DNA of 64,000 nucleotides from Candidatus Pampinifervens sinense (GTDB lineage Bacteria; Aquificota; Aquificia; Aquificales; Aquificaceae): NCBI GenBank assembly GCA_037927135.1, contig JAXSPP010000009.1, positions 15,153 to 79,152 of the forward strand, read 5' to 3'. Shown piece by piece: positions 43,145 to 51,346 of this stretch (position 1 is its first letter; each line of letters starts with the position of its first letter). The notes under the pieces were generated by a model. It saw only the letters and a program-made list of their open reading frames with translations, ran no database searches and was not told where the DNA came from. The position numbers and the translations under genes were made by a program.

Positions 43145-44191
43145 ATGGATATAAAGCCGGAAGAGGTCTACACTTTAGAAAAGAGAATTCTGGTGGATAT
43201 TAGAAGTCCATCCGAATACGAGGAGTTTCATATACCGGGAGCCATTAACATACCCATCTTTGAAGATGAGGAAAAGAGGCTAATAGGTCTTGTGTATAGG
43301 AGCGAAGGGGTAGAAAAGGCAAAAGAGCTTGGCTATGAAATAGCTTGGAAAAAGCTACAAAGCCTTCTTGAAAGGTTTAAAAGCCTCAAAAGGGATTATA
43401 AAAATGTGATAGTCTATTGTTGGAGGGGAGGGCTAAGGAGTCAAGAGCTTTGCAAAGTGCTAAGGTCTATGGGTATTGAGGTTCTAAGACTTGAAGGGGG
43501 CTACAGGGCCTACAGGGAGTTTATCCTAAAGGACATGGAAAGACTCTTGGAGGGTAAAACCTTTTTGGTGCTCACAGGCAAAACCGGAGTGGGCAAAACA
43601 AGGCTTCTTAGAAGGCTAAAGGAGGAGGGCTACCCTGTTGTAGACCTTGAGGACCTCGCCCAAGATAGGGGGTCTGTCTTTGGAAAGGTGGGCATAAAGA
43701 AGAGGGTAAGCCAAAAGATGTTTGATGCACTGCTATATGAGGAGCTAAGAAGGATAAACTCTGAGCTTTTGATAGTGGAGGATGAGAGTAGGGTGATAGG
43801 AAACATACAGCTTCTGGAAGCCTTTTGGCAAAAAAAGGAAGGGGGTATATTTATAGAGATAGAAACAAGCCTTGAAAGAAGGCTAAAAAACATCATAGAA
43901 GAATACACTGCCTTTGAGGGCTGGCAGGAGGAGGTAGAAAGAGCCTTAGGTAAGATAAGAAAATACCTTGGGGAGGAGAAATACAGAAGGGCCTTGAGCA
44001 TGCTAAAGGAAGGAAGAATAGAAGAGCTTGCCATCTTTCTGATGACCGAATACTACGACAGGACCTATAGAGTTAGCAAAAGCGTCTTTTTAAGGCTTTA
44101 CTGTTCCAATGAGGAGGAGTGCTTGAATAAGATAAAAGAGGTATACTCAAGTCTTCTTAAGGAAGGGGTAATTTCTAAGCTTGGCGGGTAG
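43145..44191 (+). CDS. selU: tRNA 2-selenouridine synthase
   Basis: Rhodanese domain YCWRGGLRS, P-loop GKTGVGKT, RGSVFG, EDESRVIG, YYD. Confidence 0.93.
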   Translation: MDIKPEEVYTLEKRILVDIRSPSEYEEFHIPGAINIPIFEDEEKRLIGLVYRSEGVEKAKELGYEIAWKKLQSLLERFKSLKRDYKNVIVYCWRGGLRSQELCKVLRSMGIEVLRLEGGYRAYREFILKDMERLLEGKTFLVLTGKTGVGKTRLLRRLKEEGYPVVDLEDLAQDRGSVFGKVGIKKRVSQKMFDALLYEELRRINSELLIVEDESRVIGNIQLLEAFWQKKEGGIFIEIETSLERRLKNIIEEYTAFEGWQEEVERALGKIRKYLGEEKYRRALSMLKEGRIEELAIFLMTEYYDRTYRVSKSVFLRLYCSNEEECLNKIKEVYSSLLKEGVISKLGG

Positions 44192-45166
44192 CCTTCTATT
44201 TCTTACTTCAAGCTCCACCTCAAGGCCCTCTTGCCTAAAATTGACATCCACGAAGCACAAGGCTATGCCCTTTTGAAGGATAGGAGAAAAGGTGCCGCTG
44301 CTCACATACCCTATGGGCTTACCTTCGTAAAAGACCCTATAGCCTTCTCTTGGCACACCCCTCTGTAATAGCTCCAAACCAAAGAGCCTTCTCTTTATTT
44401 CCTTTTTTAAAAGCTCCTCTTTGCCCAAAAAATCTTTTTCAAGGCTTACATACCTGTCCAAGTTTGCCTCAAAGGGTGTTATATCTTCAGAGATCTCATG
44501 ACCATACAAGGGCATGCCAGCCTCAATCCTTAGCACATCCCTTGCACCAAGCCCGCAAGGAGTGCAAACCTTTACCAGTCTTTCAAAAAGATCAATCCCT
44601 TTAGAGATATCCGCATACACCTCAAAGCCATCCTCTCCCGTATAGCCCGTCCTTGATACGATGATGCCGTCAAAGACCTCAAAGTGGTAATACCTTATGC
44701 TTTCCACTGGAAAGAACTCCTTTAGCACTTCCACAGCCCTTGGGCCCTGAAGGGCAAACTGCACAGTCTTATGACTTATATCCTCCACCTTAATCCCTTC
44801 TTCTTTAAACCATTCGCACACCTTCTCCTTATTTACCGCATTCACACAAAGGAAAAACTCATCCTCAGAGAGCCTGTATATAGTTATATCATCCCTTATG
44901 CCACCCCTTTGATTCATAAGTAGGTTGTATTGGACCCTTTTGGGCTTTAGCTTTGCCACGTTCCTTGAAGTGATATATTCAAGCTTTTCAAGGCTGTCTT
45001 TTATCAAAAGCCTTCCCATGTGGGATATGTCAAAGATGCCACAATCTTCCCTTACAGAAAGCACTTCCTTAGAAATGGATGAATACTCTACTGGCATCTC
45101 CCAGCCTGCAAACTCTGTAAACTTGGCTCCGAGGCTTTTGTGCAGATGGTATAAGGGCGTCTTCAT
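44147..45166 (-). CDS. gcvT: Glycine cleavage system aminomethyltransferase
   Basis: FAGWEMP, FDISHMG, SRTGYTGEDGFE, GLGARDVLRIEAG. Confidence 0.96.
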   Translation of the reverse strand: MKTPLYHLHKSLGAKFTEFAGWEMPVEYSSISKEVLSVREDCGIFDISHMGRLLIKDSLEKLEYITSRNVAKLKPKRVQYNLLMNQRGGIRDDITIYRLSEDEFFLCVNAVNKEKVCEWFKEEGIKVEDISHKTVQFALQGPRAVEVLKEFFPVESIRYYHFEVFDGIIVSRTGYTGEDGFEVYADISKGIDLFERLVKVCTPCGLGARDVLRIEAGMPLYGHEISEDITPFEANLDRYVSLEKDFLGKEELLKKEIKRRLFGLELLQRGVPREGYRVFYEGKPIGYVSSGTFSPILQKGIALCFVDVNFRQEGLEVELEVRNRRLPAKLRNYPFLKKT

Positions 45167-45182
45167 ATTAAAATTTTAACCC
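45167..45182. promoter_or_regulatory. Bidirectional -10 palindrome between divergent start codons
   Basis: TTAAAATTTTAA (45168-45179) gives TAAAAT on both strands, 8 and 6 nt before the two ATGs. Confidence 0.6.
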
Positions 45183-46241
45183 ATGCTAGCCAAATACATG
45201 CTTTTGAACTACATAAAAACCTTTTTCATCATACTTTTTGTGCTTTTTGGCATATTGTATTTTTATCTTATTGGTGAAGTTTTTGCAGTCTTTAAGCAAA
45301 AAAGCCTTAGTATTCTTTTGTCTTATACATTTAACTTCCTGCCATTGGCCTTCTTTTACATCAGCGCTTTTGTAGGAGGCCTTGCCTTGATTTTATTCCT
45401 CAGAAGGCTCACACAGAAGAAGATTGATCTCTTGACTCAAAGCTTTGGTATATCTCCTCTAAGCTTTTCCTTTTCTATCATAGTTTTTTCCCTATTCCTC
45501 TCTTTTATCAACCTTTTTGGATCTTATGAGATTTATCCAGAGAATCAAAGAAGATTATACATTATAGAAAGGGAATATAAAAAGGCCAAAGAGCTAGAAA
45601 AAGGAATAATAAGGAACCTTTGGCTTTTAGAGGAAAAAAATGGAGAAAAGGGCTTTTACAACTTTGAACTTATAGATCTGTCCACTGGAAGTGTCTACGG
45701 TTTTTACTACCTTAAGGTGGCAGAGGGTTCCATAAGAGAGCTAGTGGTGGCACAAAGGGGACTGTGGAAGGGAGAAAACATAGAACTGAGGGAGGCAAAG
45801 ATAAAAAATCTATTTACGGGTGAGGAGTCTATAAAAGATATGACAATCCATTATATTGACCTTTCCCAAATAAGACCCCTTGCCGAAAGGCCAGAGCACC
45901 TATCTATGAAAAATCTATTTATGCTTAGCTTGATAGGTGAAAAGATAGGTATAAATCAAAGGTATTACCTTTATGAGATCTTGAGGCGTGTGCTTACGGC
46001 CCTTCTTCCCATCTTTATAACCATAAGCGTAAGCTGGGTGTGTTTGAGGTGGCGACGATTTAGCCTCTCTTTGTTAGCCCTAATTTCCCTATTTTCCTAC
46101 CATTGGCTTTCTTTGAACCTAATAAAATCCTTTGTGGAGAACACCAGCACAAGCCTCACCCTTCTTTCCTTTATCTATGCACCCTTGCCTCTGCTATCTC
46201 TAAAAGGACTTTACGATCTTGGCAAAGGATTCAGGGTCTAG
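45183..46241 (+). CDS. LptF/LptG family LPS export permease
   Basis: 3 TM + periplasmic beta domain + 3 TM layout, starts LAKYML..YIK, SFGISP. Confidence 0.75.
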   Translation: MLAKYMLLNYIKTFFIILFVLFGILYFYLIGEVFAVFKQKSLSILLSYTFNFLPLAFFYISAFVGGLALILFLRRLTQKKIDLLTQSFGISPLSFSFSIIVFSLFLSFINLFGSYEIYPENQRRLYIIEREYKKAKELEKGIIRNLWLLEEKNGEKGFYNFELIDLSTGSVYGFYYLKVAEGSIRELVVAQRGLWKGENIELREAKIKNLFTGEESIKDMTIHYIDLSQIRPLAERPEHLSMKNLFMLSLIGEKIGINQRYYLYEILRRVLTALLPIFITISVSWVCLRWRRFSLSLLALISLFSYHWLSLNLIKSFVENTSTSLTLLSFIYAPLPLLSLKGLYDLGKGFRV

Positions 46242-46940
46242 GCTGGCTCCACCCACCAGTAGCCCATCCACGTCCTTCATCTTCATAAAATCTGGTGCAT
46301 TATTCGGGTTTACACTTCCACCGTATAGGACCCTCGTCTTTCCAGTATGCTGTGGGTTTATGCTACAAAGTAGGTCCTTTATGAAGGCATGCACAAGCTG
46401 AGCATCCTCTGGCGTGGCTGGGTTTCCCGTGCCTATGGCCCAAACGGGCTCGTAGGCTATGTCTATGCTATCTGTATAGGCCTCTATGCCCGAAAGGGCA
46501 AGCCTTATCTGAGTTTCTATAACCTTAAAGGTAAGCCCTGCCTCCCTCTCCTCTATCCTCTCTCCCACGCACAGTATGGGTCTTATGCCCGCCTTCAAAC
46601 AGGCTGTTAGCTTTTTGTTTATAAGCTCGTCCGACTCTCCAAAGATCCACCTCCTTTCCGAGTGGCCCACTATCACATAGGAGACTCCAAGCTCCTTTAG
46701 CATATCCAAAGATATCTCACCGGTAAAGGCACCCTTTGGCTCAAAGTGGCAGTTCTGGGCCCCAAGCCTTACCTTTTTGTCCTTTAGCATCTCACTTGCC
46801 ACGCATAGGGAAGTGAAAGGCGGGCAAAGAAGAATTTCCCTGTCCTCTATTCCCTCCACAAGGGGCAAAAACCTTTGTATGTATTCCTTGGTTTGAGATG
46901 GTGTTAAGTTCATCTTCCAATTGGCGGATATGAGTTTCAT
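46200..46940 (-). CDS. tpiA: Triosephosphate isomerase
   Basis: ANWKMN, GHSERR, AYEPVWAIGTG, YGGSV, LVGGASL; real start ATG 46940. Confidence 0.98.
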   Translation of the reverse strand: MKLISANWKMNLTPSQTKEYIQRFLPLVEGIEDREILLCPPFTSLCVASEMLKDKKVRLGAQNCHFEPKGAFTGEISLDMLKELGVSYVIVGHSERRWIFGESDELINKKLTACLKAGIRPILCVGERIEEREAGLTFKVIETQIRLALSGIEAYTDSIDIAYEPVWAIGTGNPATPEDAQLVHAFIKDLLCSINPQHTGKTRVLYGGSVNPNNAPDFMKMKDVDGLLVGGASLDPESFAKIVKSF

Positions 46941-46947
46941 CGGATAA

Positions 46948-47718
46948 TTATAACATATTTTCTTCTGAATTTTTAAGCTTGTGTAAAAGGTGTAAGCCAA
47001 AGTATGCCTTAACAGACCTTACAAGTTTATCGTATTTTTCTCCTATCTGAAGTCTAAAACTTTTTGTTATGGAGTTTTCGGATAGTGGTGGATGGAGCTG
47101 AAAAAGCCTTTCTAAAAAACTGGTATGTTCCTTTTTACCTTCAAGATAAGCCAAATAAAAGGGTAGAATAATATTAAAAAACATCTCTCTTTTTCTTAAA
47201 ATGCCTATACCTTTAAAATCCATTATTCTATTTACGCATTGCCTTGCCTTTTCTGGAGTATCAACCAGCTCTTTTTCTTCTCTTGTTATCTTTGTCAAAA
47301 AATACTCAACCAAACTGGGCAAACTTTCTGCCAACAACACAGAAATTCCTTTTATCCTTCTATCTGGGTAATTTGCCGGACGTATGTTCTTAAAATTCCA
47401 TACACTTTTATCCATCTTCAAGGAAAGGTCAAAGCCTTCCAAAGAACCTTCTCTTAGCTCTATAAAACCAGCACGGTGTAGCAAAGCCTTTTCTATCTTT
47501 TCCCTTTCTTTTAGCTTTTTTATCTCTTTAAAAGGTGTTATCAGCGCAAGCTCCAAAAATTGTGTTTTATTTTTTGGATAACCCAAAGAAAGCATTATTT
47601 CTCTATACAAGGCTTCATCTGCCTCTGCAATCCTAAGGAGATTTTTCATCCTTTGTATTTTCGTCTTAAGCCACCTTTCTCCAAGCTTTTCCAAAAGGCT
47701 TGCATCAATGTTTTTCAT
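46948..47718 (-). CDS. DUF2851-like protein, short form (C-terminal helical part only)
   Basis: LGYPKNK..F..LA, W.F..IRPANYP.RRI, NIILP motifs recalled from DUF2851. Confidence 0.65.
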   Translation of the reverse strand: MKNIDASLLEKLGERWLKTKIQRMKNLLRIAEADEALYREIMLSLGYPKNKTQFLELALITPFKEIKKLKEREKIEKALLHRAGFIELREGSLEGFDLSLKMDKSVWNFKNIRPANYPDRRIKGISVLLAESLPSLVEYFLTKITREEKELVDTPEKARQCVNRIMDFKGIGILRKREMFFNIILPFYLAYLEGKKEHTSFLERLFQLHPPLSENSITKSFRLQIGEKYDKLVRSVKAYFGLHLLHKLKNSEENML

Positions 47719-47771
47719 AAGTATTCATCACGCCATGATGTTTTAAATTCAATATTCTGAGATTCTTTCAT
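47715..47771 (-). pseudogene. 18-codon N-terminal relic of a Schlafen/AlbA_2 domain gene
   Basis: Own translation MKESQNIEFKTSWRDEYL*; starts 3 nt after the MTase stop, and its TGA overlaps the next ATG. Confidence 0.7.
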
Positions 47772-47774
47772 ATC

Positions 47775-50700
47775 TCACACACTCCTTGCCTTCTCCAATC
47801 TATTTTTGACCAATTCCGCCACCGCCCAATAGACCTCTTTTCTTTCTTCTTCTGTTAATCCTAAGGCATCAAAGACAATATCATCAAGGGCTTTTCTATC
47901 TGGCAACGGATTTGGCTCTTGCTCACGGATGGGCTTATTGGGGTCAAAGCCAAGCTCGGTGAAGATGGAGTGGATAGGACGGTTAATAAGTTGAGTAAAT
48001 TTGTTCATTGATAACTTTAAATTGTTTAAAATTGGCAATTTTACTATATCAATTTTTACCAATCTTATCGCTCCACCTCCTAACCCTCGCCTCCCAATTA
48101 CCTCAATAAAAAACCAACTTAAAGTTGAATTAAGAATCAGACATAAAGTTTCATTATCTACCTTGATTCCAGAAATTCCATAAAAATTGTGTTCGAATGG
48201 TAGATTATCTTTATTGTAATGACAAATATGTTTATCACCTCTCAAATCTACCCACAATAATGGAGCTCTTCTTATTTCATAAGGGACATCTTTTATTTTA
48301 ATCAGCCATACTGCATCATCAACTGTAAGCAAAATTTTATTTACCTCACGGGGACTTTTAAAAACAGGTGAATAAGTTAATGGATCAAACTCCCCAATCA
48401 TTCGTGTGTAATACTTTTTATTATTACCTGTGATAATTCCAGCTTTTACCTCCGCAATATCTCCCAACCTCACCAATTTCCCTTTCCCCTTTTCCAAAAT
48501 CTTAAAATAAATCTCTGGTGCCCTTAGGTATTTCCCGCCCCATTTATTGCCAACATAAACAAGCTCTTCTGGCTTACTATATCCTATCAAGCCCTCTTCT
48601 TCTGGAATTTCACTGCCTTCAAGCAAAAGCTCCCTTTTTGACTTTGGAAACACCCTAAAATCCTCATCGTCAAAAACAGGCTCTTTTATGCTTTCAAGCC
48701 TCTTTATTACTTCTGCATTTACCACTTCCTCAAAGGGCTTCTTAAAGGCTACAAACTTAACCGTATAATCATCAAGCTCCTCTTTTGGCCTTTGAATCAA
48801 AACAATCACCGTATTTACATCTGCCTGCTTAAAGGAACGCTTCCGCAGGTTATCAATAATATAAATTGGTCGCATTCTTTTGAGTAAAAACTCCTGAAGC
48901 CCCGCTCCATATTCCACATCAAGCCAAGAGTTGGAGTTTATAAAGCAAAATATTCCACCTTCTCTCAAGAGAGAAAGCCCATGATAGTAAAAATATACAT
49001 AAAGGTCGCTCTTTTTGTCTATCTTAACATTCTTCCAAATACTTTTTACAGAACTTTCCAACCTATCCTTATATTCCTTTTTCAGTTTTTTCCATTCTTC
49101 TTCTGTGTATCTACTCTTATCTTCCAAGGGTGGGGCTATCAACTCCTGCCTTACGTAGGGCGGGTTTCCAATTACAATATCAAATCCACCTTTTGTGGCA
49201 AAAACTTCTGCAAAATCAATCTCCCAAAGGAAATAATCCTTCCGTGTTTTATTCTCAATGTTTCTTAAGGCCTCTTCAAGCCTTTCCTTTTCCCTTTTAA
49301 GACTTTTAATCTCCTCTTCCTTCCTTTTCCCTTCCTTCTTATTAACCTCACCAAATAGGCCTTTACCCTCTTCTAATTTTTTATAAAACTCAGCCTGTTT
49401 AATTTCCTTTTCAAGCATCTCTATTTTTGCCTCAAGAATCTCCTTTAAAATATTCCGCTCAAGCTCTTCAATTTCTTTTATCTCCCTTAAATCTGCGCTC
49501 ACTTGTCCGGAGAAAAAGGCGTTCTTTTTATCAATTAGCTCTCTTATTTTTGCTTCTATTTTTGGAGATATGTATTTTTTGGGATTTTCTCCCCTTAGGC
49601 TTATTAGAATACCACCTATTTCTTCCACAAGAGAATCACCCTGACGGATTTTGAAAGATAAGTTTGGCAAAAGGGGTTTGGTGTATATGTCCATGTATTT
49701 TTCTTCCGTTTCTATAACCAAAGATAGCCAAAGTCTTAGCTCTCCCACCATTACGGCCCAATCCTTTACTTCCACACCATATAAATTCTCTTTAATGATC
49801 TTTTGCTTTAGTGCATAGATATTCTCCTCCCTTCCTTCAATTTTCCTTGTAAGCTCAGAATGAAGCTCCACAAGTATATTCATCATACCCACAAGGAAAG
49901 AAGCAGAACCTACTGCAGGGTCAACTATTTTTACATCTTCTAAACTTTCCTTTATTGCCTTTGCCTCTTTTTCTGTTAGCTTTTCAACTCCATTATGCGG
50001 GTCAAAAATAAAGTCTATAAGCTTTTCCTTTTCAATGTCCGTTTGACTGGCAAGATACTCCACTAAGGAAAGCCTACACATAAAATCAATTTCTACCCTT
50101 GGAGTATAGAAAATACCACTTTCTCCCCTCTCTTCCTCCGCTATTAGAGACTCGTAGACCCTGCCAAGCATCTCTGGGTCCACAGCCACTTCCACATCCA
50201 AGGGCAAAGCCTCGTCAATGGTAAAGTTGAATACCTCCAAAAAGCCTTTTTTCTTATCCCTTTCGCTCAAATCTGGTTCAAAAAGCCACTCAAAAACGCT
50301 GTCTGGCACATGTGTAAATTCTTCATCAAGGTCGTTTTTCAAAAATAGCCCACCGTTAAGGTATGGCATAAGCCTAAAGGACTCTTGAATTTCTTCAGGA
50401 AGTCTTTTGTCTATAAGGCTGGACCTTTTATTAAAAGCACCAAAGAATAGGCTTGAAAGCCATACAGAGTAAAAAGTATCCTTTTGGTTTGGATCTCTTT
50501 TGACATACTCCTTGTATTTATTCCATAGATTTCTCATATAATTAGGGTCTTGCTCATAATCTTTCCACTTTAACCACTTTTTCCTTTGCAAAAAGTATAT
50601 AAAGAGTATTCTTGAAAGAAGCTGTTGGGCAAAAGCATAACGCCTTTTGTAGTCGGAACCCTCACCTAAGGACCTTACAATAACCTCCTTTATGGCATAT

Positions 50701-51299
50701 CTGTATGCCTCAAAGAACTCCTCCGTTATTGGTTCAACGCTAAAGGCTTCTTCTAAATCTTTAAGGGTAGGCCTTTTTCTATCGTCCTCCAATAGGGGCA
50801 AAAACCTTGACTGAGCCGTATGGCTCTTTTCTCCTTCACCCACCAAAAAGGACCATCTTTTAGCGGGTGTAAACTCTTCCCTTGCAACCAGCTTACCAGA
50901 TGGCGTAATCTCTTGCCTATAATCAAGCTTTACAAGGGAAAATCTCCAGCTTTTACTACCCTCTGCCACAAAGGCCACCAAGCCAGCACGGAAATTACCC
51001 TCCTTCAAATACCAAGCTACCAAGTTTCTTTGTAGCGCACGTGCCCTCTCAAGGGTATTTTCATCCTTTAAATGAACAACCAGCAGGACTATTTTTTTGT
51101 TATCATCTTCGTATTTACCTATATGCCTTAAAGAATCTACATAATTTCTAAACCTCTCTGGAATTTGACCGCCCTTATATTCTATGTTCTCTTCCTCATA
51201 GTCTTTTAGAAGATGTTTAAGGAATAAGGTGAATTTTCTGTTGTCAAAGGGTGATTCAAAACAACTTCTTATTAACTCCTTCGCCTGACCCCTTTCCAT
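47775..51299 (-). CDS. Large N6-adenine DNA methyltransferase, Eco57I/type IIG-like, with C-terminal TRD
   Basis: PYLNGGLF, DPEMLGRVYE, GIFYTPR, motif I DPAVGSASF, motif IV FDIVIGNPPYVRQE, DLYVYF. Confidence 0.92.
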   Translation of the reverse strand: MERGQAKELIRSCFESPFDNRKFTLFLKHLLKDYEEENIEYKGGQIPERFRNYVDSLRHIGKYEDDNKKIVLLVVHLKDENTLERARALQRNLVAWYLKEGNFRAGLVAFVAEGSKSWRFSLVKLDYRQEITPSGKLVAREEFTPAKRWSFLVGEGEKSHTAQSRFLPLLEDDRKRPTLKDLEEAFSVEPITEEFFEAYRYAIKEVIVRSLGEGSDYKRRYAFAQQLLSRILFIYFLQRKKWLKWKDYEQDPNYMRNLWNKYKEYVKRDPNQKDTFYSVWLSSLFFGAFNKRSSLIDKRLPEEIQESFRLMPYLNGGLFLKNDLDEEFTHVPDSVFEWLFEPDLSERDKKKGFLEVFNFTIDEALPLDVEVAVDPEMLGRVYESLIAEEERGESGIFYTPRVEIDFMCRLSLVEYLASQTDIEKEKLIDFIFDPHNGVEKLTEKEAKAIKESLEDVKIVDPAVGSASFLVGMMNILVELHSELTRKIEGREENIYALKQKIIKENLYGVEVKDWAVMVGELRLWLSLVIETEEKYMDIYTKPLLPNLSFKIRQGDSLVEEIGGILISLRGENPKKYISPKIEAKIRELIDKKNAFFSGQVSADLREIKEIEELERNILKEILEAKIEMLEKEIKQAEFYKKLEEGKGLFGEVNKKEGKRKEEEIKSLKREKERLEEALRNIENKTRKDYFLWEIDFAEVFATKGGFDIVIGNPPYVRQELIAPPLEDKSRYTEEEWKKLKKEYKDRLESSVKSIWKNVKIDKKSDLYVYFYYHGLSLLREGGIFCFINSNSWLDVEYGAGLQEFLLKRMRPIYIIDNLRKRSFKQADVNTVIVLIQRPKEELDDYTVKFVAFKKPFEEVVNAEVIKRLESIKEPVFDDEDFRVFPKSKRELLLEGSEIPEEEGLIGYSKPEELVYVGNKWGGKYLRAPEIYFKILEKGKGKLVRLGDIAEVKAGIITGNNKKYYTRMIGEFDPLTYSPVFKSPREVNKILLTVDDAVWLIKIKDVPYEIRRAPLLWVDLRGDKHICHYNKDNLPFEHNFYGISGIKVDNETLCLILNSTLSWFFIEVIGRRGLGGGAIRLVKIDIVKLPILNNLKLSMNKFTQLINRPIHSIFTELGFDPNKPIREQEPNPLPDRKALDDIVFDALGLTEEERKEVYWAVAELVKNRLEKARSV

Positions 51300-51346
51300 C
51301 CCTCGTTATATTTTATTAAAGTTTTTTAAATGTAAAGACATGGCAC

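Noticed and set aside
43145-44191. Selenocysteine recoding near selU
   Set aside because: No in-frame TGA joining conserved domains was noticed in this window
44147-46241. 42-45 bp convergent gene overlaps (selU/gcvT, lptF-like/tpiA)
   Set aside because: Ordinary for compact Aquificae genomes; no evidence of a special function
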